Positions 50,110 to 60,839 of a DNA stretch of 64,000 nt are shown one piece after another. Each line of letters opens with the position of its first letter. Within the stretch, counting starts at the first letter, position 1. A program made the translations under genes and the position numbers. The notes under the pieces were generated by a model. The model was not told the origin of the DNA and ran no database searches. It was given only the letters and a program-made list of their open reading frames with translations. Location: NCBI GenBank assembly GCA_965231095.1, contig OZ246416.1, forward strand, positions 741,595 to 805,594, given 5' to 3'. This DNA is from an uncultured Gammaproteobacteria bacterium. Lineage in GTDB: Bacteria; Patescibacteriota; Patescibacteriia; XYB2-FULL-38-15.

Positions 50110-50430
50110 CATAGAACATTGAAACCAGAGACGTTTCGCCGAACAGTCGGCGCAATTTCTCTCTTCTCTACTCTTCGTCAAAGGTCTTCGGCTGGCAAGA
50201 CCTGACCTTAAAACAAAAACAAAAATTATCTTTTCGGTGAGTTCCCCTCTGGAGTTCACCATAAGAATGGTAGAGGAGCACTTCGCTTTGAAGTCAGCAA
50301 AAAGCGTTCCTTCCCCAAGACCGGTATCTCTTTAATCCTCTTCGGAGGACAAAAGGGTGTGTCGAGGGGCACAAGGGCGCAACGGCCATTTATTAATTAT
50401 ATTATATAAGGGCGCAGTTGCGCCCTTTTA
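50110..50430 (+). ncRNA. structured intergenic RNA candidate
   Basis: TTGACA(50077)-18-TATAAT promoter; series of hairpins; no ORF. Confidence 0.35.
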
Positions 50431-50554
50431 AAGTTGTTGAAGGTTGGGCACTCGGAAAATACGCGGTGGAAGGCATCTCTTTGCCCCTTGAAATAAATCG
50501 TCCTTTTATGTATACTTTATTAAGGGGAGTATTTTATTAATTAAGGTTAAATCT

Positions 50555-50938
50555 ATGGCAGAAAATAATGCTTTTGATAAAGAATTTATAGAAAAAATAA
50601 AAAACCAGCTTTTGGCGGAAAAAAGCCGCTTGGAAAAAGAGCTGGCGGAATTTACGCAGAAAAATCCGCACAATGCCGCTGATTATGATGCGAACTTTCC
50701 GACCATTGGCGACGCGGAAGATGAAAACGCGGCCGAAGTCGCCACTTATGGCGATAATTTAACTTTAGAGAGAACGCTTGAATCAGCCCTGCGCGATGTG
50801 AATGCCGCCCTAAAACGAATTGAGGAAGGGAATTATGGAATTTGTAAATATTGCGGCAAACCGATAGATCCGAAACGCTTGGAAGCGCGCCCGGCATCAT
50901 CAGCTTGTATGGAATGCAAATCCAAGTTTAGCAAATAA
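50555..50938 (+). CDS. TraR/DksA C4-type zinc finger protein
   Basis: ALKRIEEGNYGICKYCGKPIDPKRLEARP...CMEC. Confidence 0.9.
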   Translation: MAENNAFDKEFIEKIKNQLLAEKSRLEKELAEFTQKNPHNAADYDANFPTIGDAEDENAAEVATYGDNLTLERTLESALRDVNAALKRIEEGNYGICKYCGKPIDPKRLEARPASSACMECKSKFSK

Positions 50939-50948
50939 GATTTCCCAA

Positions 50949-51425
50949 ATGTCATTTTTTAGAAAAATAATGCTTATCAATTTTTTGGTAAGCATTTTGT
51001 TTTTGGCTGACCGCCTGACAAAGTGGTTGGCGGAGAAAATTCCCGCGGGAGGAGTTTTTTTATTTTCGGAAAAATTCGTCGGGTTAAAATTTTATAAAAA
51101 TTTTAATTTGATTTTTAATATTGCGCTGCCGGGATGGGTGATGTACGGATTGATTTTTATAATTTTGGCGAGTCTTCTTTGGTTGCTTGTGAAAAATTAC
51201 CGAAAGAAAAATGCTTTTCTAATTTTTTCTTTGAGCTTGATTGTGATTGGAGCGATAAGTAATTTGATTGACCGGTTATATTTTGGATTTGTGGTGGATT
51301 TTTTAAGTTTTTTTGATTATTCAATTTTTAATTTATCCGACGTTTACATTGTTGGGGGGGTGGGATTGATTTTGATCTGGGAACTGGCAGACAAAAAATT
51401 GAAAATTGTAAATTGTAAATTGTAA
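50949..51425 (+). CDS. lspA: lipoprotein signal peptidase II
   Basis: DRLTK, GAISNLIDR, VVDF, FNLSD. Confidence 0.88.
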   Translation: MSFFRKIMLINFLVSILFLADRLTKWLAEKIPAGGVFLFSEKFVGLKFYKNFNLIFNIALPGWVMYGLIFIILASLLWLLVKNYRKKNAFLIFSLSLIVIGAISNLIDRLYFGFVVDFLSFFDYSIFNLSDVYIVGGVGLILIWELADKKLKIVNCKL

Positions 51426-51436
51426 ATTTTTGGAAT

Positions 51437-53038
51437 ATGTCTTCAAAAATTTTATCCGCGGCAATCGTGGGTTTGGACGCCGAGCTTGTGGAAGTGGAAG
51501 CCGACATCTCGCCCGGGCTTAGCCATTTTACCATTGTTGGTTTGCCGGATATGGCCGTGCAGGAATCGCGCGAGCGGGTGCGGGCGGCGATAAAAAACAG
51601 TGATCTCCCATTTCCCCGAACTCGCGTCACGGTGAATCTTGCTCCGGCTGATTTAAAAAAGGAAGGCCCGTCTTATGATTTGCCGATTGCCATCGCCATT
51701 CTTTTGGCTTCAAAATTTCTGTCGTTGCCGGAAAAAACAAAGGAGAGTGAAATAAAAAATTTGGAAATTTTGCCGGAAAAGAAAACTACGGCCAATCTTT
51801 TTTGTCCGGACGCGCTTTTCGTTGGCGAGTTGGCGCTTGATGGAATTTTGCGGCCGGTAAACGGAATCTTGGCCATTGCCGCGGCCGCCCGGGGGCGCGG
51901 AATAAAAATTTTATATGTTCCCGAAGCGAACGCCCGCGAAGCGAGCTTGATTGAGAATTTGGAAATTATTTCCGTAAAAAACATTTTTCAGCTAGTGGCG
52001 CATTTGGCGGGAAAAAATTTGATCGTGCCGTTTTCTCGCGAAGAACCTTTTGACTTTAGGGATCCCGCGAGTTTGGATGAGGAAAATTTTGATATGGCCT
52101 ATGTCCGCGGACAGGAATATGCCAAGCGCGCCCTGGAAATTGTCGCCGCCGGCGGGCATAATCTCCTGATGTCCGGCCCGCCCGGTTCGGGAAAAACATT
52201 ATTATCAAAAACACTGCCGTCAATTTTACCGGCGCTCACGATTGACGAAGCGCTTGAAGTGACGCGGATTTATTCCGTCGCCGGGCTCCTGCCGCCGGAT
52301 CTTCCGCTTATGATTCGTCGGCCGTTTCGGAGCCCGCACCATACCGCCTCAAATGTTTCGCTTGTGGGCGGAGGGACTTGGCCGCGGCCGGGAGAAGTGA
52401 GCTTGGCCCATCGCGGCATATTGTTTTTGGACGAACTTCCGGAATTTAATCGCGCCGTGCTTGAAAGTTTGCGCCAGCCGCTTGAAGACGGGATGGTGAC
52501 GATTTCCCGCGCGGCCGGCAGCCTGCAGTTTCCGGCAAAATTTATCTTGGTCGCGGCCAGAAACCCATGTCCCTGCGGCTACAACACCGATCCGGAAAAA
52601 TTTTGTACTTGTTCGCCGTCAACAATTTTACGTTATCAGAAAAAAATATCCGGGCCGCTTTTGGACAGAATTGATTTACACATTGAAGTGCCGCGAGTAA
52701 AGTTTGAAAAATTAGCTGAAGAAAAAGTGGCGGAAAGTTCCGCGGAAATTAAAAAACGCGCCGAGCGGGCGCGGAGTTTGCAGAGGGAAAGATATAAGGG
52801 CTGTAGGATTTTGACCAATGCCGAGCTGTCATCAAAATTGATTAAAGATTTCTGCCAGATTGACGGTCCGAGTCAGGAGTTTTTAAAAAATGCCGTGACG
52901 CAGCTGCGGTTATCGGCTCGAGCTTATTATCGTCTCCTAAAAATTTCTCGGACCATTGCCGATCTCTCCGGCGAAGAAAAAATTTTATTGCCGCACGTGG
53001 CCGAAGCTCTGCAATACCGGACAAAAGCGGCGGAATGA
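51437..53038 (+). CDS. comM: YifB/ComM Mg-chelatase-like AAA ATPase
   Basis: VNLAPADL.KEG, GPPGSGKT, PFRSPHHTAS, NPCPCG, SGPLLDRID. Confidence 0.93.
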   Translation: MSSKILSAAIVGLDAELVEVEADISPGLSHFTIVGLPDMAVQESRERVRAAIKNSDLPFPRTRVTVNLAPADLKKEGPSYDLPIAIAILLASKFLSLPEKTKESEIKNLEILPEKKTTANLFCPDALFVGELALDGILRPVNGILAIAAAARGRGIKILYVPEANAREASLIENLEIISVKNIFQLVAHLAGKNLIVPFSREEPFDFRDPASLDEENFDMAYVRGQEYAKRALEIVAAGGHNLLMSGPPGSGKTLLSKTLPSILPALTIDEALEVTRIYSVAGLLPPDLPLMIRRPFRSPHHTASNVSLVGGGTWPRPGEVSLAHRGILFLDELPEFNRAVLESLRQPLEDGMVTISRAAGSLQFPAKFILVAARNPCPCGYNTDPEKFCTCSPSTILRYQKKISGPLLDRIDLHIEVPRVKFEKLAEEKVAESSAEIKKRAERARSLQRERYKGCRILTNAELSSKLIKDFCQIDGPSQEFLKNAVTQLRLSARAYYRLLKISRTIADLSGEEKILLPHVAEALQYRTKAAE

Positions 53039-53097
53039 GAAAGTAAAAATAAATAAATAAAAACGCCGGTGGACCGCCGGTGTTTTTATAATATTAT

Positions 53098-54471
53098 TTA
53101 TTTGATGTAATTCAGCGGGTTGTAAATTTTTCCGTTGATTCTAACTTCAAAATGTAAGTGTGGTCCGGTGGAGCGGCCGGTTGAACCCTCCGCGCCAATT
53201 TCTTGCCCCCGTTTTACTGTTTCTCCCACTTCAACAAATATTTTTGAAAAATGTCCGTAAAGAGTTACAACTCCTCCGCCATGATTAATCATCACATTAT
53301 ACCCATATCCGGTTTTGAGATATTGGACGCGAGAAACTACGCCGTCGTCAGCGGAGCGAATTGAGGTGCCGGACGGGCAAGCGATATCAACGCCAGTATG
53401 CCGCCAGCCGAAATATTGGGAAATGCGGCTGCAGCCGTTTGGCCAGAGCATTTTTCCGCTGGTTGGGACAATGGATGAAGAAGGAATATTAACAGAATTT
53501 CTCGCGGCGATGGTTCGCGGAGTCGGCGGGGGCGGCGGAACTTTGCCCTCGGGAACAACTAAATATTCGCCGATTTTAATGTCGCTTGAGTCAGGTAGAG
53601 CATTAAAGGATAATATTTTTTCCGATTCAGAACTGTAATATTTGGCAATCTTATCAACCGTATCGCCGCTTTTAACTTTATGCAAAACGCCGCTTGTGGG
53701 CAAAATCACTAATTTATCTCCCGGACGAATTGTACTGCGACTTGTTAAATTGTTGGCCCAGAGAACCGTGTTCACACTAATACTAAACTTTTCCGCGATC
53801 GTACCAATAGAATCTCCTCCTTCAACTAGATATTCAATAACTTTAGTTCTGGTAGATTCATTTATGGAAGAAGGCAGGTTTGGATTTAAAAGTGCGCCTT
53901 CGTCGCCGACCGAGGCAATAGGCAGCTCACCGATAAGATCGTCGGTGCCAAGATTTGAGGCGAGAGGGGCAGCTTCCAATTCTGATTCAAGATAATTTGT
54001 TGCTTTCGTCGTTTCGCCCAAATCGGCCATTTCTTGGACATAGCCAAGAGATTCGTAATCTCCGCTGTAGGTTAGGGAATAAAGAATACTCTTTTGCCCA
54101 ACTTGTTCCGAGTTTTCGAGGGAGGCCGCCTTGGCGCTTAAACTTGAGGCAACGGAAAGGAGGGTTATTAGGGCGATAATGGAATGAGTGACATAACGGC
54201 GGGTCAGAGGATAAATAATTTTATCTTTGATCGGGCCGTAAATTTTATCCCACCAACTTATTTTTACAAAAAGAGCAATTTTATAAATTTTTACCGCAAA
54301 TGAAAAAAGGACAGTTTTAGCCAGCCACCGTAGTGGTTTCGCGACTGTCCAGGTCAGGAGGAAAACGGTGAGGTTTTTAAGATGTACTAGTCCGTTCAAG
54401 AGGCCAACCAGAATCTTGATGCCGGCTTTTTTCAGCAAGAATAAAGCGTTTTGAGCCATATTATAATTCAA
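53098..54471 (-). CDS. LysM-LysM-M23 peptidase
   Basis: Two LysM repeats, HTGVD, HLHFE. Confidence 0.9.
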   Translation of the reverse strand: MNYNMAQNALFLLKKAGIKILVGLLNGLVHLKNLTVFLLTWTVAKPLRWLAKTVLFSFAVKIYKIALFVKISWWDKIYGPIKDKIIYPLTRRYVTHSIIALITLLSVASSLSAKAASLENSEQVGQKSILYSLTYSGDYESLGYVQEMADLGETTKATNYLESELEAAPLASNLGTDDLIGELPIASVGDEGALLNPNLPSSINESTRTKVIEYLVEGGDSIGTIAEKFSISVNTVLWANNLTSRSTIRPGDKLVILPTSGVLHKVKSGDTVDKIAKYYSSESEKILSFNALPDSSDIKIGEYLVVPEGKVPPPPPTPRTIAARNSVNIPSSSIVPTSGKMLWPNGCSRISQYFGWRHTGVDIACPSGTSIRSADDGVVSRVQYLKTGYGYNVMINHGGGVVTLYGHFSKIFVEVGETVKRGQEIGAEGSTGRSTGPHLHFEVRINGKIYNPLNYIK

Positions 54472-54669
54472 TTGTTAGTATATCAGAAAGGGGGCGAGGT
54501 GTCAATGATAATGGCAGCTCAAGTTTCTGGATCACCGGATCAAGGCCACTCGTGGCTTTAAGATTGAGGATGACAAAATGAGGGAAAACACCCTTTACAA
54601 TTTTTAGGTTTTAATGTAAATTTAATAAATAACTTTTAACAATTAACAGCTAACAATTAACAAATTTGT

Positions 54670-56691
54670 ATGATTTACTCTCTGCTTTTCGCTCTGGGTG
54701 CGGCGGTTGTCGCCATCGTTTTTGGGTTTATTCTCATGCGGTGGATTTTACGCCTTCCGGCCGGAGATGAAAAAATGCAATCAATTGCCAGGGCCATCCA
54801 AGAAGGGGCCAAGGCCTATTTGAATCGGCAGTATAAAACCGTGGCAATTGTCGCGGCCGTTTTATTTATTCTGCTTTTGTTCCTTGGAATTTACGCGTCG
54901 CTCGGATTTTTAGTTGGTGCGGCGGCTTCGGCTCTGGCTGGATATCTCGGAATGTATATTTCCGTGCGGGCCAATGTCCGGACAACCGAGGCGGCAAAGA
55001 GCGGATTAAAAAATGCTTTGAATGTCGCTTTTCGCGGCGGGACAGTAACGGGCTTGTTTGTTGTCGGTCTGGCCCTGCTTGCCGTGACTGGATTTTTTAT
55101 GCTTTTGGTTTACGGATTTAAACAAGATGCGGCGGATGCGGTTAAAGCCCTCGTTGGATTAGGATTTGGCGGTTCGTTAATTTCAGTGTTCGCTCGTTTG
55201 GGCGGTGGCATTTACACCAAAGGCGCGGATGTCGGGGCGGATCTCGTGGGAAAAGTTGAAGCTGGTATTCCGGAAGATGATCCGAGAAATCCGGCGGTGA
55301 TTGCCGATAATGTTGGTGATAATGTTGGCGATTGCGCGGGCATGGCCGCGGATCTTTTTGAAACATATGCCGTCTCGGCGATTGCCGCGATGTTGCTCGG
55401 CGTGTTGCTCTTACCAAATTTTTCTAACGCCCTGATTTATCCTTTGGTTTTGGGCGGGGTGGCAATTGTTTGTTCAATCATTGGAACATTTTTTGTCCGG
55501 CTTGGAAAAAAGCAGGGGATCATGGCGGCGCTTTACAAAGGATTGGTGGCGAGTGCCGTGCTCGCAGCCGCGGCGTTTTATCCGATTACCGCGTGGATCA
55601 TGAAAGGCAACGGATCATTTGAAGTTTGGAAATTATATGTCGTGTCGCTCGTCGGTATTATCATAACTTTTGGCATGATGGCCATTACCGAATATTATAC
55701 TTCAAAAAAATATCGGCCGGTGCGGGAAATTGCCAAGGCGTCAACAACAGGACACGGGACAAATATTATCACTGGTCTCGCGATGTCTATGGAATCAACT
55801 GCCATGCCAGTCCTTTTGATTGTCGCGGGAATTTTGGTTTCATTTTGGCTCGCGGGAATTTACGGGGTGGCGATCGCGGTGATGACCATGTTATCAATGA
55901 CAGGAATTATTGTGGCGATTGACGCGTTTGGTCCAATCACGGACAACGCTGGCGGCATTGCCGAAATGGCCGGGCTTCCCAAAGAAGTTCGCGACGTCAC
56001 CGATCCCTTGGACGCGGTGGGCAACACGACCAAGGCCGTGACCAAAGCTTATGCCATTGCTTCCGCGGGTCTCGCGGCGCTTGTACTTTTTGCATCTTAC
56101 GTCCATGAAATTACGGCGCTCGGATTTAGTGATAAAGTTTTTGATTTGTCTGATCCAAAAATTATTGCCGGATTATTTATCGGCGGTTTGCTTCCATATT
56201 TATTTGGTTCCATGGCCATGCGGGCGGTCGGCAAGGCCGGGGGAAAAGTGGTTGATGAAGTGCGACGCCAGTGGAAAGAAATTCCTGGTCTGATGGAAGG
56301 TACAGCCAAAGCCGATTACGCGGCTTGCGTGGATATTGTTACAAAGTCAGCGATTCGCCAAATGATTGTGCCGGCTCTTTTGCCGGTTGTCGCCCCGATT
56401 TTGGTTGGTTTGCTTTTGGGACCGAAAGCCCTTGGAGGATTATTGGTGGGTTCGATCGTGACAGGAATTTTTGTCGGAATTTCTATGACTTCGGGCGGCG
56501 CGGCTTGGGATAATTCCAAAAAATTTATTGAAGAAGGAAATTTTGGCGGCAAAGGATCTTTTGCCCATCAGGCGGCAGTGACCGGCGACACGGTTGGCGA
56601 TCCATACAAAGACACAGCCGGGCCGGCGATTAACCCGATGATAAAAGTGTTAAATATTGTTGCGCTTTTGATTATTGGATTTTTGATCTAA
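54670..56691 (+). CDS. hppA: membrane-bound pyrophosphatase (K+-independent signature)
   Basis: [26 protein letters not shown]. Confidence 0.95.
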   Translation: MIYSLLFALGAAVVAIVFGFILMRWILRLPAGDEKMQSIARAIQEGAKAYLNRQYKTVAIVAAVLFILLLFLGIYASLGFLVGAAASALAGYLGMYISVRANVRTTEAAKSGLKNALNVAFRGGTVTGLFVVGLALLAVTGFFMLLVYGFKQDAADAVKALVGLGFGGSLISVFARLGGGIYTKGADVGADLVGKVEAGIPEDDPRNPAVIADNVGDNVGDCAGMAADLFETYAVSAIAAMLLGVLLLPNFSNALIYPLVLGGVAIVCSIIGTFFVRLGKKQGIMAALYKGLVASAVLAAAAFYPITAWIMKGNGSFEVWKLYVVSLVGIIITFGMMAITEYYTSKKYRPVREIAKASTTGHGTNIITGLAMSMESTAMPVLLIVAGILVSFWLAGIYGVAIAVMTMLSMTGIIVAIDAFGPITDNAGGIAEMAGLPKEVRDVTDPLDAVGNTTKAVTKAYAIASAGLAALVLFASYVHEITALGFSDKVFDLSDPKIIAGLFIGGLLPYLFGSMAMRAVGKAGGKVVDEVRRQWKEIPGLMEGTAKADYAACVDIVTKSAIRQMIVPALLPVVAPILVGLLLGPKALGGLLVGSIVTGIFVGISMTSGGAAWDNSKKFIEEGNFGGKGSFAHQAAVTGDTVGDPYKDTAGPAINPMIKVLNIVALLIIGFLI

Positions 56692-56997
56692 CGGCAAAAA
56701 AGAAAAAATCCCGCTCGTTTAAAACGGGCGGGATTTGAATTTGACAAAAAATTGGCCGTCAGTTAGAATGGGTTCATATGGAAGTTGGGAAGTTAAGAAT
56801 TTTGATTAGCATTATTATTTCTGACCCAGGGCGGTCTAGGCGTTTTTAATCTTTGTAAATTAAAAATGAACTGGCCGCCAAACGCGGTCAGTTTTCTTTT
56901 TAAAAGAGGTTTGTCTCTCCAAAATAGTCGCGAAAAATTTCGCCGCTGTTTTGGGGAGGGAAGGGCATGGGTGCAAGAGGCACCGGGAGGAGGAGAA

Positions 56998-57561
56998 ATG
57001 GGAAAAGAAGATGAGGTGAGGGTTTGCCGGGTGCATGATGGCGTGATGATGGTTTTCCGTCCGGACGGGTTTCACTGTTTGAAGTGCCAGGAGCTGGCCG
57101 CCAAGGAGAGCGTGATTGTGGCCGCTTGCCCGCACTGCTACGAGTCGCTACTCGTGCCCAGGCCCTTGATCGAGGGGTTACCGTCGGTCTGCCTCCAGTG
57201 GCAGAACGCCGACGAGTTCAAGGCTACGATTGCGGGCCTTCTCTACGTTTCGTCGAGACGGGACAGCGTAGAGTTGATTTCCGTGCCGCCGATCGAGAGG
57301 GGTGAAGTGCTCCGCCTTTCCTGCCCGCGCTGCATGAAGGCTCTGCCCCTGGCCTCTGATCCGGAATGTCGGATCTGCGGAGCAAGGGTGGTGGTGATCG
57401 ACGATCGGTACCCCCACGGAAGGGACGGGAGGAGTAAGCGCTGGGTCTGCAGCCGTCGCGGTTGCTCCGGGCACCATTTCGGCGAGGAAGGGCCGAGTCT
57501 CGATGCCCAGGTGGTGGCCATGATGGCGCAGAGAAGACTTAGCGCCGACGAAACGATGTAG
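56998..57561 (+). CDS. multi-CxxC zinc-ribbon protein (GC-rich solo cassette)
   Basis: GGAGGAGG RBS before ATG 56998; CRVH, CLKC, CPHC, CPRC, CRIC, CSRRGC. Confidence 0.6.
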   Translation: MGKEDEVRVCRVHDGVMMVFRPDGFHCLKCQELAAKESVIVAACPHCYESLLVPRPLIEGLPSVCLQWQNADEFKATIAGLLYVSSRRDSVELISVPPIERGEVLRLSCPRCMKALPLASDPECRICGARVVVIDDRYPHGRDGRSKRWVCSRRGCSGHHFGEEGPSLDAQVVAMMAQRRLSADETM

Positions 57562-57720
57562 GAGGGATGACCTAAAGCACAAAAAAGTGAAATAGGTCCA
57601 GGGCGAATCTGTAAAGTCACGTCATGCGTGATGGAGCAGGTTCGCCCGCTTTTTTTATTTAACCCTTGACAAGATTTTTATATATGTTAAAATAACCAGT
57701 TGGATTATTGGACTAAAAAA

Positions 57721-57829
57721 CCACCGGAAACCTGCAGACACGACAAGCACGGGGGTTAATCCTGCGTTCGCCTGGCCTTGGCTCGGCAAAACGCGGGAAT
57801 AACTCTCTTGTCTGCAGATTCCCGGTGGC
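57721..57829. ncRNA. long hairpin (sRNA candidate or extended terminator)
   Basis: CCACCGG..CTGCAGACA / TGTCTGCAG..CCGGTGG stem; upstream TTGACA near 57665. Confidence 0.35.
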
Positions 57830-57837
57830 TTTTGTTT

Positions 57838-59838
57838 TTAAAAAGTAAGAGGAAGTAGAGCCGGGTCAGGAATTCCGTCCGGGCTCGTGGGGATTGTCGG
57901 CGTTTCGGGGGGAGTCGGAGTCGGTTCTTTTCCCACTAAACAAACCGCGCTCCAGGGAACGTAGTGGCTTGACCAGGTTTCGGTTTTTATTTCTCCATCT
58001 TTATAAGTAATGGTGCGGTCAAATTCCGCGTCCGCGCCGGTGTGCGCCCGTTCCGTGCATTTTTTAACTCCCGGAGCAAGATCGGCGGTTTCAATAATTT
58101 TTGTCGGACCGGGACTGACAAAGTTGAAAACTCTTGGCGTGGTCATTTCCACTTTGCGCCCGTCGGGCGTGCCCCAGAGTTCAAAAGTTAATTCATCTCC
58201 GTCAATTCTTGTTTGGAGTAGCAGGTAAGCAGGTGTGTCATTTACAAATTTTAAATCAGGACGAGGGCTATAAATGGTCGCATCCATTCCGGCCGGTTCA
58301 TAATAAACTACGCGATAGGAATGCGGCCGGCGTTCGGTGATGGGCAATCCGGCATCAAGCGCTACGCGGAAAGCAGTTGTCCCAATTTGGCAGAGGCCCC
58401 CGCCGTACTCGGGGATAGTTTTATCGCCTTTGATAACAAGCTCCGGAAGATAGCCAGTAGAAGCATCAATCTCCCCCAAGGTTTTAACTAAAGAAAATTC
58501 TTCGCCCGGAGCGATTAAAACACCGTTTAATTTTGTCGCCCCGACTTTGATGTTATGGCGGCGATTTGTCGGGCTGCCGGAGAAATCAGATGTGCCCGTC
58601 CCGACCAATTCTTGAATTCCCAAATTGTTGATAGTGCCGATGGGAACTTGCGGCGCGGTAATTGTCACAATCATCTGAATAATTTCTTCTTTGTCCGGTA
58701 CGGGATTTTTTGGGCAAGCGGCTTGAATTTTTGTTTCATCAAAATTTTTTACATAGTTGTTTAAAAGATCATAGCTCGCTTCAATATTTAATTCTTTTCC
58801 GCCCTGATGCAATTGGAATTCTTCAACCAAGCCGTTTTCTATTGTGAATTTCGCGTTTTGCGGGAGAACGTCAATTTCGGCAGCCAACTTTTTTAAATAT
58901 TCCTCAACTTTTTCTTTATTCAACCCGACGGTTAGCCCATCTTTTGTTTGTTGGAATTCAAAGTTATCTCTTAGCTCAGCTTGATTTATAACCCAGGTTT
59001 TTTTTGTTTCGCCCAAAGCCAGAAAACACAGCCCGGCTAATTTTTCGGCGCGACCCGCGGCGAGGGCGGTTTCAGCTTTTTTTATTTTTGCTTTTTCCGC
59101 AGTCAGTTCAAGTTTGGCGGGCGAGTCAATCAATTTAGAGATTTTAAGAAAAGCATCATTGATAGCAAAAGAATAATTAAAAGTGCGGCCGTCTTGCTCA
59201 TCGCTCACCACGACTTGTGTGCCATTTCCGTTTTTAACATAATTTATTTTTGCGTCTTGCGGTTCTTTTTCCAAATAGCCAAAACTTTCTTTCAAAACTT
59301 TTATCATTTCATCTTCATTGATTTGGTATTTCAGGGGAATACTTTTTCCAAGCAGTAAAAATTTTACCTGGTTTCCGAGATTGGCCAGAAAATTTTTATT
59401 GCGGCCGAGGGCGAAAGCTTCTTTTACGGTTTGTTCGTTCTCTAAAGAAAAAACCGTTCGGGAAAGATCAGGATCATTGGCGGCCGTGACAAGAGGAGCA
59501 AGCGAGGCGGTTTTATTTTGATAAACAAAAGTGACGCCTTCTTCATTAAATTTTTTTGTCGCTTCCCGAAGCGCCACCATTGCCTCGTCTTTTGTTTTTC
59601 CACCGAGTTTTAAATCATTGATTTTTATGCCGGGATATATTTTATCAGAAAATATTTTTTCAAAGCCAAACGCCGTGCCGGCCGGCAGGACGACGAGCAA
59701 TAAAAAAATGGCGATAATAATTTTCAGCCATTTTTTAACGACAAATTTTTTCGGAAGTTCCGCGGTTATTTTCTGTGAAACTGGGTCTGGAGATTTGTTA
59801 AGTTCCTTTTTGCCCATCTTTGTTTTGTAAAATTTCAT
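57838..59838 (-). CDS. VanW family protein with PG-binding and G5-like regions
   Basis: NRRHNI, GGGLCQ, ERRPHSY, DLKFVND. Confidence 0.88.
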   Translation of the reverse strand: MKFYKTKMGKKELNKSPDPVSQKITAELPKKFVVKKWLKIIIAIFLLLVVLPAGTAFGFEKIFSDKIYPGIKINDLKLGGKTKDEAMVALREATKKFNEEGVTFVYQNKTASLAPLVTAANDPDLSRTVFSLENEQTVKEAFALGRNKNFLANLGNQVKFLLLGKSIPLKYQINEDEMIKVLKESFGYLEKEPQDAKINYVKNGNGTQVVVSDEQDGRTFNYSFAINDAFLKISKLIDSPAKLELTAEKAKIKKAETALAAGRAEKLAGLCFLALGETKKTWVINQAELRDNFEFQQTKDGLTVGLNKEKVEEYLKKLAAEIDVLPQNAKFTIENGLVEEFQLHQGGKELNIEASYDLLNNYVKNFDETKIQAACPKNPVPDKEEIIQMIVTITAPQVPIGTINNLGIQELVGTGTSDFSGSPTNRRHNIKVGATKLNGVLIAPGEEFSLVKTLGEIDASTGYLPELVIKGDKTIPEYGGGLCQIGTTAFRVALDAGLPITERRPHSYRVVYYEPAGMDATIYSPRPDLKFVNDTPAYLLLQTRIDGDELTFELWGTPDGRKVEMTTPRVFNFVSPGPTKIIETADLAPGVKKCTERAHTGADAEFDRTITYKDGEIKTETWSSHYVPWSAVCLVGKEPTPTPPETPTIPTSPDGIPDPALLPLTF

Positions 59839-60034
59839 TCAAAAGAGTTTTGGCCAGTTTTGCCCTTTCTTCTTCATCGGATTGGTTGGTGGAAATTCCG
59901 AGCCGGACGGCCGAGCCTTCTTTCGCGTCTTCTGGCAGGTCAAGTTTTGGCCAGCGAAGTTCTTGCCCATCTTCAGTTTTTATGATGGCGAAATCTTCTT
60001 CAAATCGATCAATTGCCGCTTTTATAAATTTCAT
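59798..60034 (-). CDS. DUF3006-like protein
   Basis: IDRFEEDFAII...LPEDAKEG. Confidence 0.75.
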   Translation of the reverse strand: MKFIKAAIDRFEEDFAIIKTEDGQELRWPKLDLPEDAKEGSAVRLGISTNQSDEEERAKLAKTLLNEILQNKDGQKGT

Positions 60035-60038
60035 AAAT

Positions 60039-60476
60039 TTAAAACTCCTCCTTAACTTTAATTTGCGCGTCGGAAATTGCTTTGGGCAAGACGATTGTCA
60101 AAAGCCCGTTTTTTAAAGTGGCTTTTATTTTATCCGCCTTAACGTCTTCGGGCAAAACTATAGTTCGGGAAAATCCGCCCCAATAGCATTCGCGATATAA
60201 ATAATCGGATGAGTTGATATTGGCTTCGGCTTCCCGTTTTCCGCGGATAGTTAAGAGGTCGTTGTTTACAAGAATGTTCAAATCTTCCGGCCGAACGCCG
60301 GCCATGGTTGAACGGACGACAATTTCTTTATCATTATGATAAACATCAACTGAGAGCTGGCCTTCATAATCTTGGGAGAGCCAGGCGCGAGATTCTTCAC
60401 CAGCTTCTCTTTGAACCGGAAAAAAATTTTCCTCTTGAGGAGTTTGATTTTTAGCGGGGAAGAGGTTTTTGAGCAT
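60039..60476 (-). CDS. Hsp20/alpha-crystallin small heat shock protein
   Basis: VDVY, LTIRGKR, ECYWGGFSRTIVLP, KNGLLTIVLPK. Confidence 0.92.
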   Translation of the reverse strand: MLKNLFPAKNQTPQEENFFPVQREAGEESRAWLSQDYEGQLSVDVYHNDKEIVVRSTMAGVRPEDLNILVNNDLLTIRGKREAEANINSSDYLYRECYWGGFSRTIVLPEDVKADKIKATLKNGLLTIVLPKAISDAQIKVKEEF

Positions 60477-60560
60477 AGGCTTGAAATAAGTTATATAATT
60501 GTAGAGGATTTTTAAATAGTTGTCAAAATTTATATTCTTTGTTATTATGGTAAATAACTT

Positions 60561-60635
60561 GGCCCTATCGTCTAGTCTGGTCTAGGACACCACGCTTTCA
60601 ATGTGGTAACACGGGTTCGAATCCCGTTGGGGCTA
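60561..60635 (+). tRNA. tRNA-Glu(TTC)
   Basis: GGCCCTA/TGGGGCT acceptor, loop CTTTCAA, GGTTCGAATCCC. Confidence 0.92.
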
Positions 60636-60822
60636 TTTAAAAAAATCGAGAATTAAAATAAAACTCTGAAAATAATCTAATCAAGAAATGACACCCTGAG
60701 GGATTCGAACCGGGAAGGGGTCGGGAAACGGGAGTTTCCCGATTCGCGGAAATATTAAAACCGCAGGGTTTTAAAACGCAGCGAACGAAGTGAGTAGTGA
60801 GAATTCCCGTTGGGGCTATTTA
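60622..60822. mobile_element. mini-element bounded by a duplicated tRNA-Glu 3' end
   Basis: 18-bp exact direct repeat TCCCGTTGGGGCTATTTA at 60622 and 60805. Confidence 0.6.
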
Positions 60823-60839
60823 GGATTAAAAGAAGATAG

